Below are positions 63,543-64,000 of a stretch of 64,000 nt of DNA, one piece after another. The position numbers and the translations under genes are program-made. Source of the stretch: Callorhinchus milii (Eukaryota); assembly GCF_018977255.1 (NCBI RefSeq), contig NW_024704742.1:125242001-125306000 (forward strand), in the 5' to 3' direction. The notes under the pieces are model-generated. The model did not search any database. It was not told the origin of the DNA and saw only the letters and a program-made list of their open reading frames with translations. Within the stretch, counting starts at the first letter, position 1. The number at the start of each line of letters is the position of its first letter.

Positions 63543-64000
63543 TTAATATTAGTAGTATTCCACTATTGGTCAGGAAATAGTCCAACTTGTACTTGTGTAA
63601 GTTATTATTTGAGTTTGTAGTAAAACAATAAATGCTCAAATGGAATCCATATATCAGTTGATGATGAGTTAAGGGACAAAGTGAACAATCTGTGACAGTT
63701 TAGAGGTAGCAGGAAGGTAAAAGGAGACACTCAGAAGAAACACACACTGAGTCCTAATTCACTAGAATTGGAAACTATTTCTGTATTATACAGTTTCTGC
63801 CAGGTTACTTACTGATCCAGTGACTATTGAGGCTAACTAAACATCCTTTTGTTGATTTTCACATCCAAAATATTGTGCTTTCAACAACCACAACAACTTG
63901 CACCTATATAGCGCCCTCCACGCAGGGTAGTGTCTCAGAGCACTTCTTTCGTAGAAGAACAGCAAAGAAATAAAAAGTAAGATTTCTCCTACAAGATAGT

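Overview
Non-coding, AT-rich vertebrate genomic DNA, either intronic or intergenic. The repeat content points to a cartilaginous fish, possibly a chimaera/elephant-shark type genome (inference). I found no intact host protein-coding gene. All ORFs with recognisable homology are transposon relics. Contents: (i) about 15 copies of a young tRNA-Ala-headed SINE in long, short and mini forms; (ii) many older SacSINE1/DeuSINE-like SINEs sharing the same 3' half; (iii) an older AmnSINE2-like SINE; (iv) 5'-truncated L2 and CR1 LINEs; (v) a Penelope-like GIY-YIG element with a 14-bp TSD and a minimal hammerhead ribozyme; (vi) a fossil PIF/Harbinger (HARBI1-like) transposase with candidate MITEs; (vii) repeat-poor blocks that look like conserved non-coding elements. 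The most notable signals are the hammerhead ribozyme, repeated insertion of SINEs and L2 tails into the shared L2-type 3' tail of older relatives, modular SINE evolution, an 83-nt near-perfect hairpin and the Harbinger fossil. Family names and coordinates come from reading by eye and from memory of consensus sequences, not from a database search.
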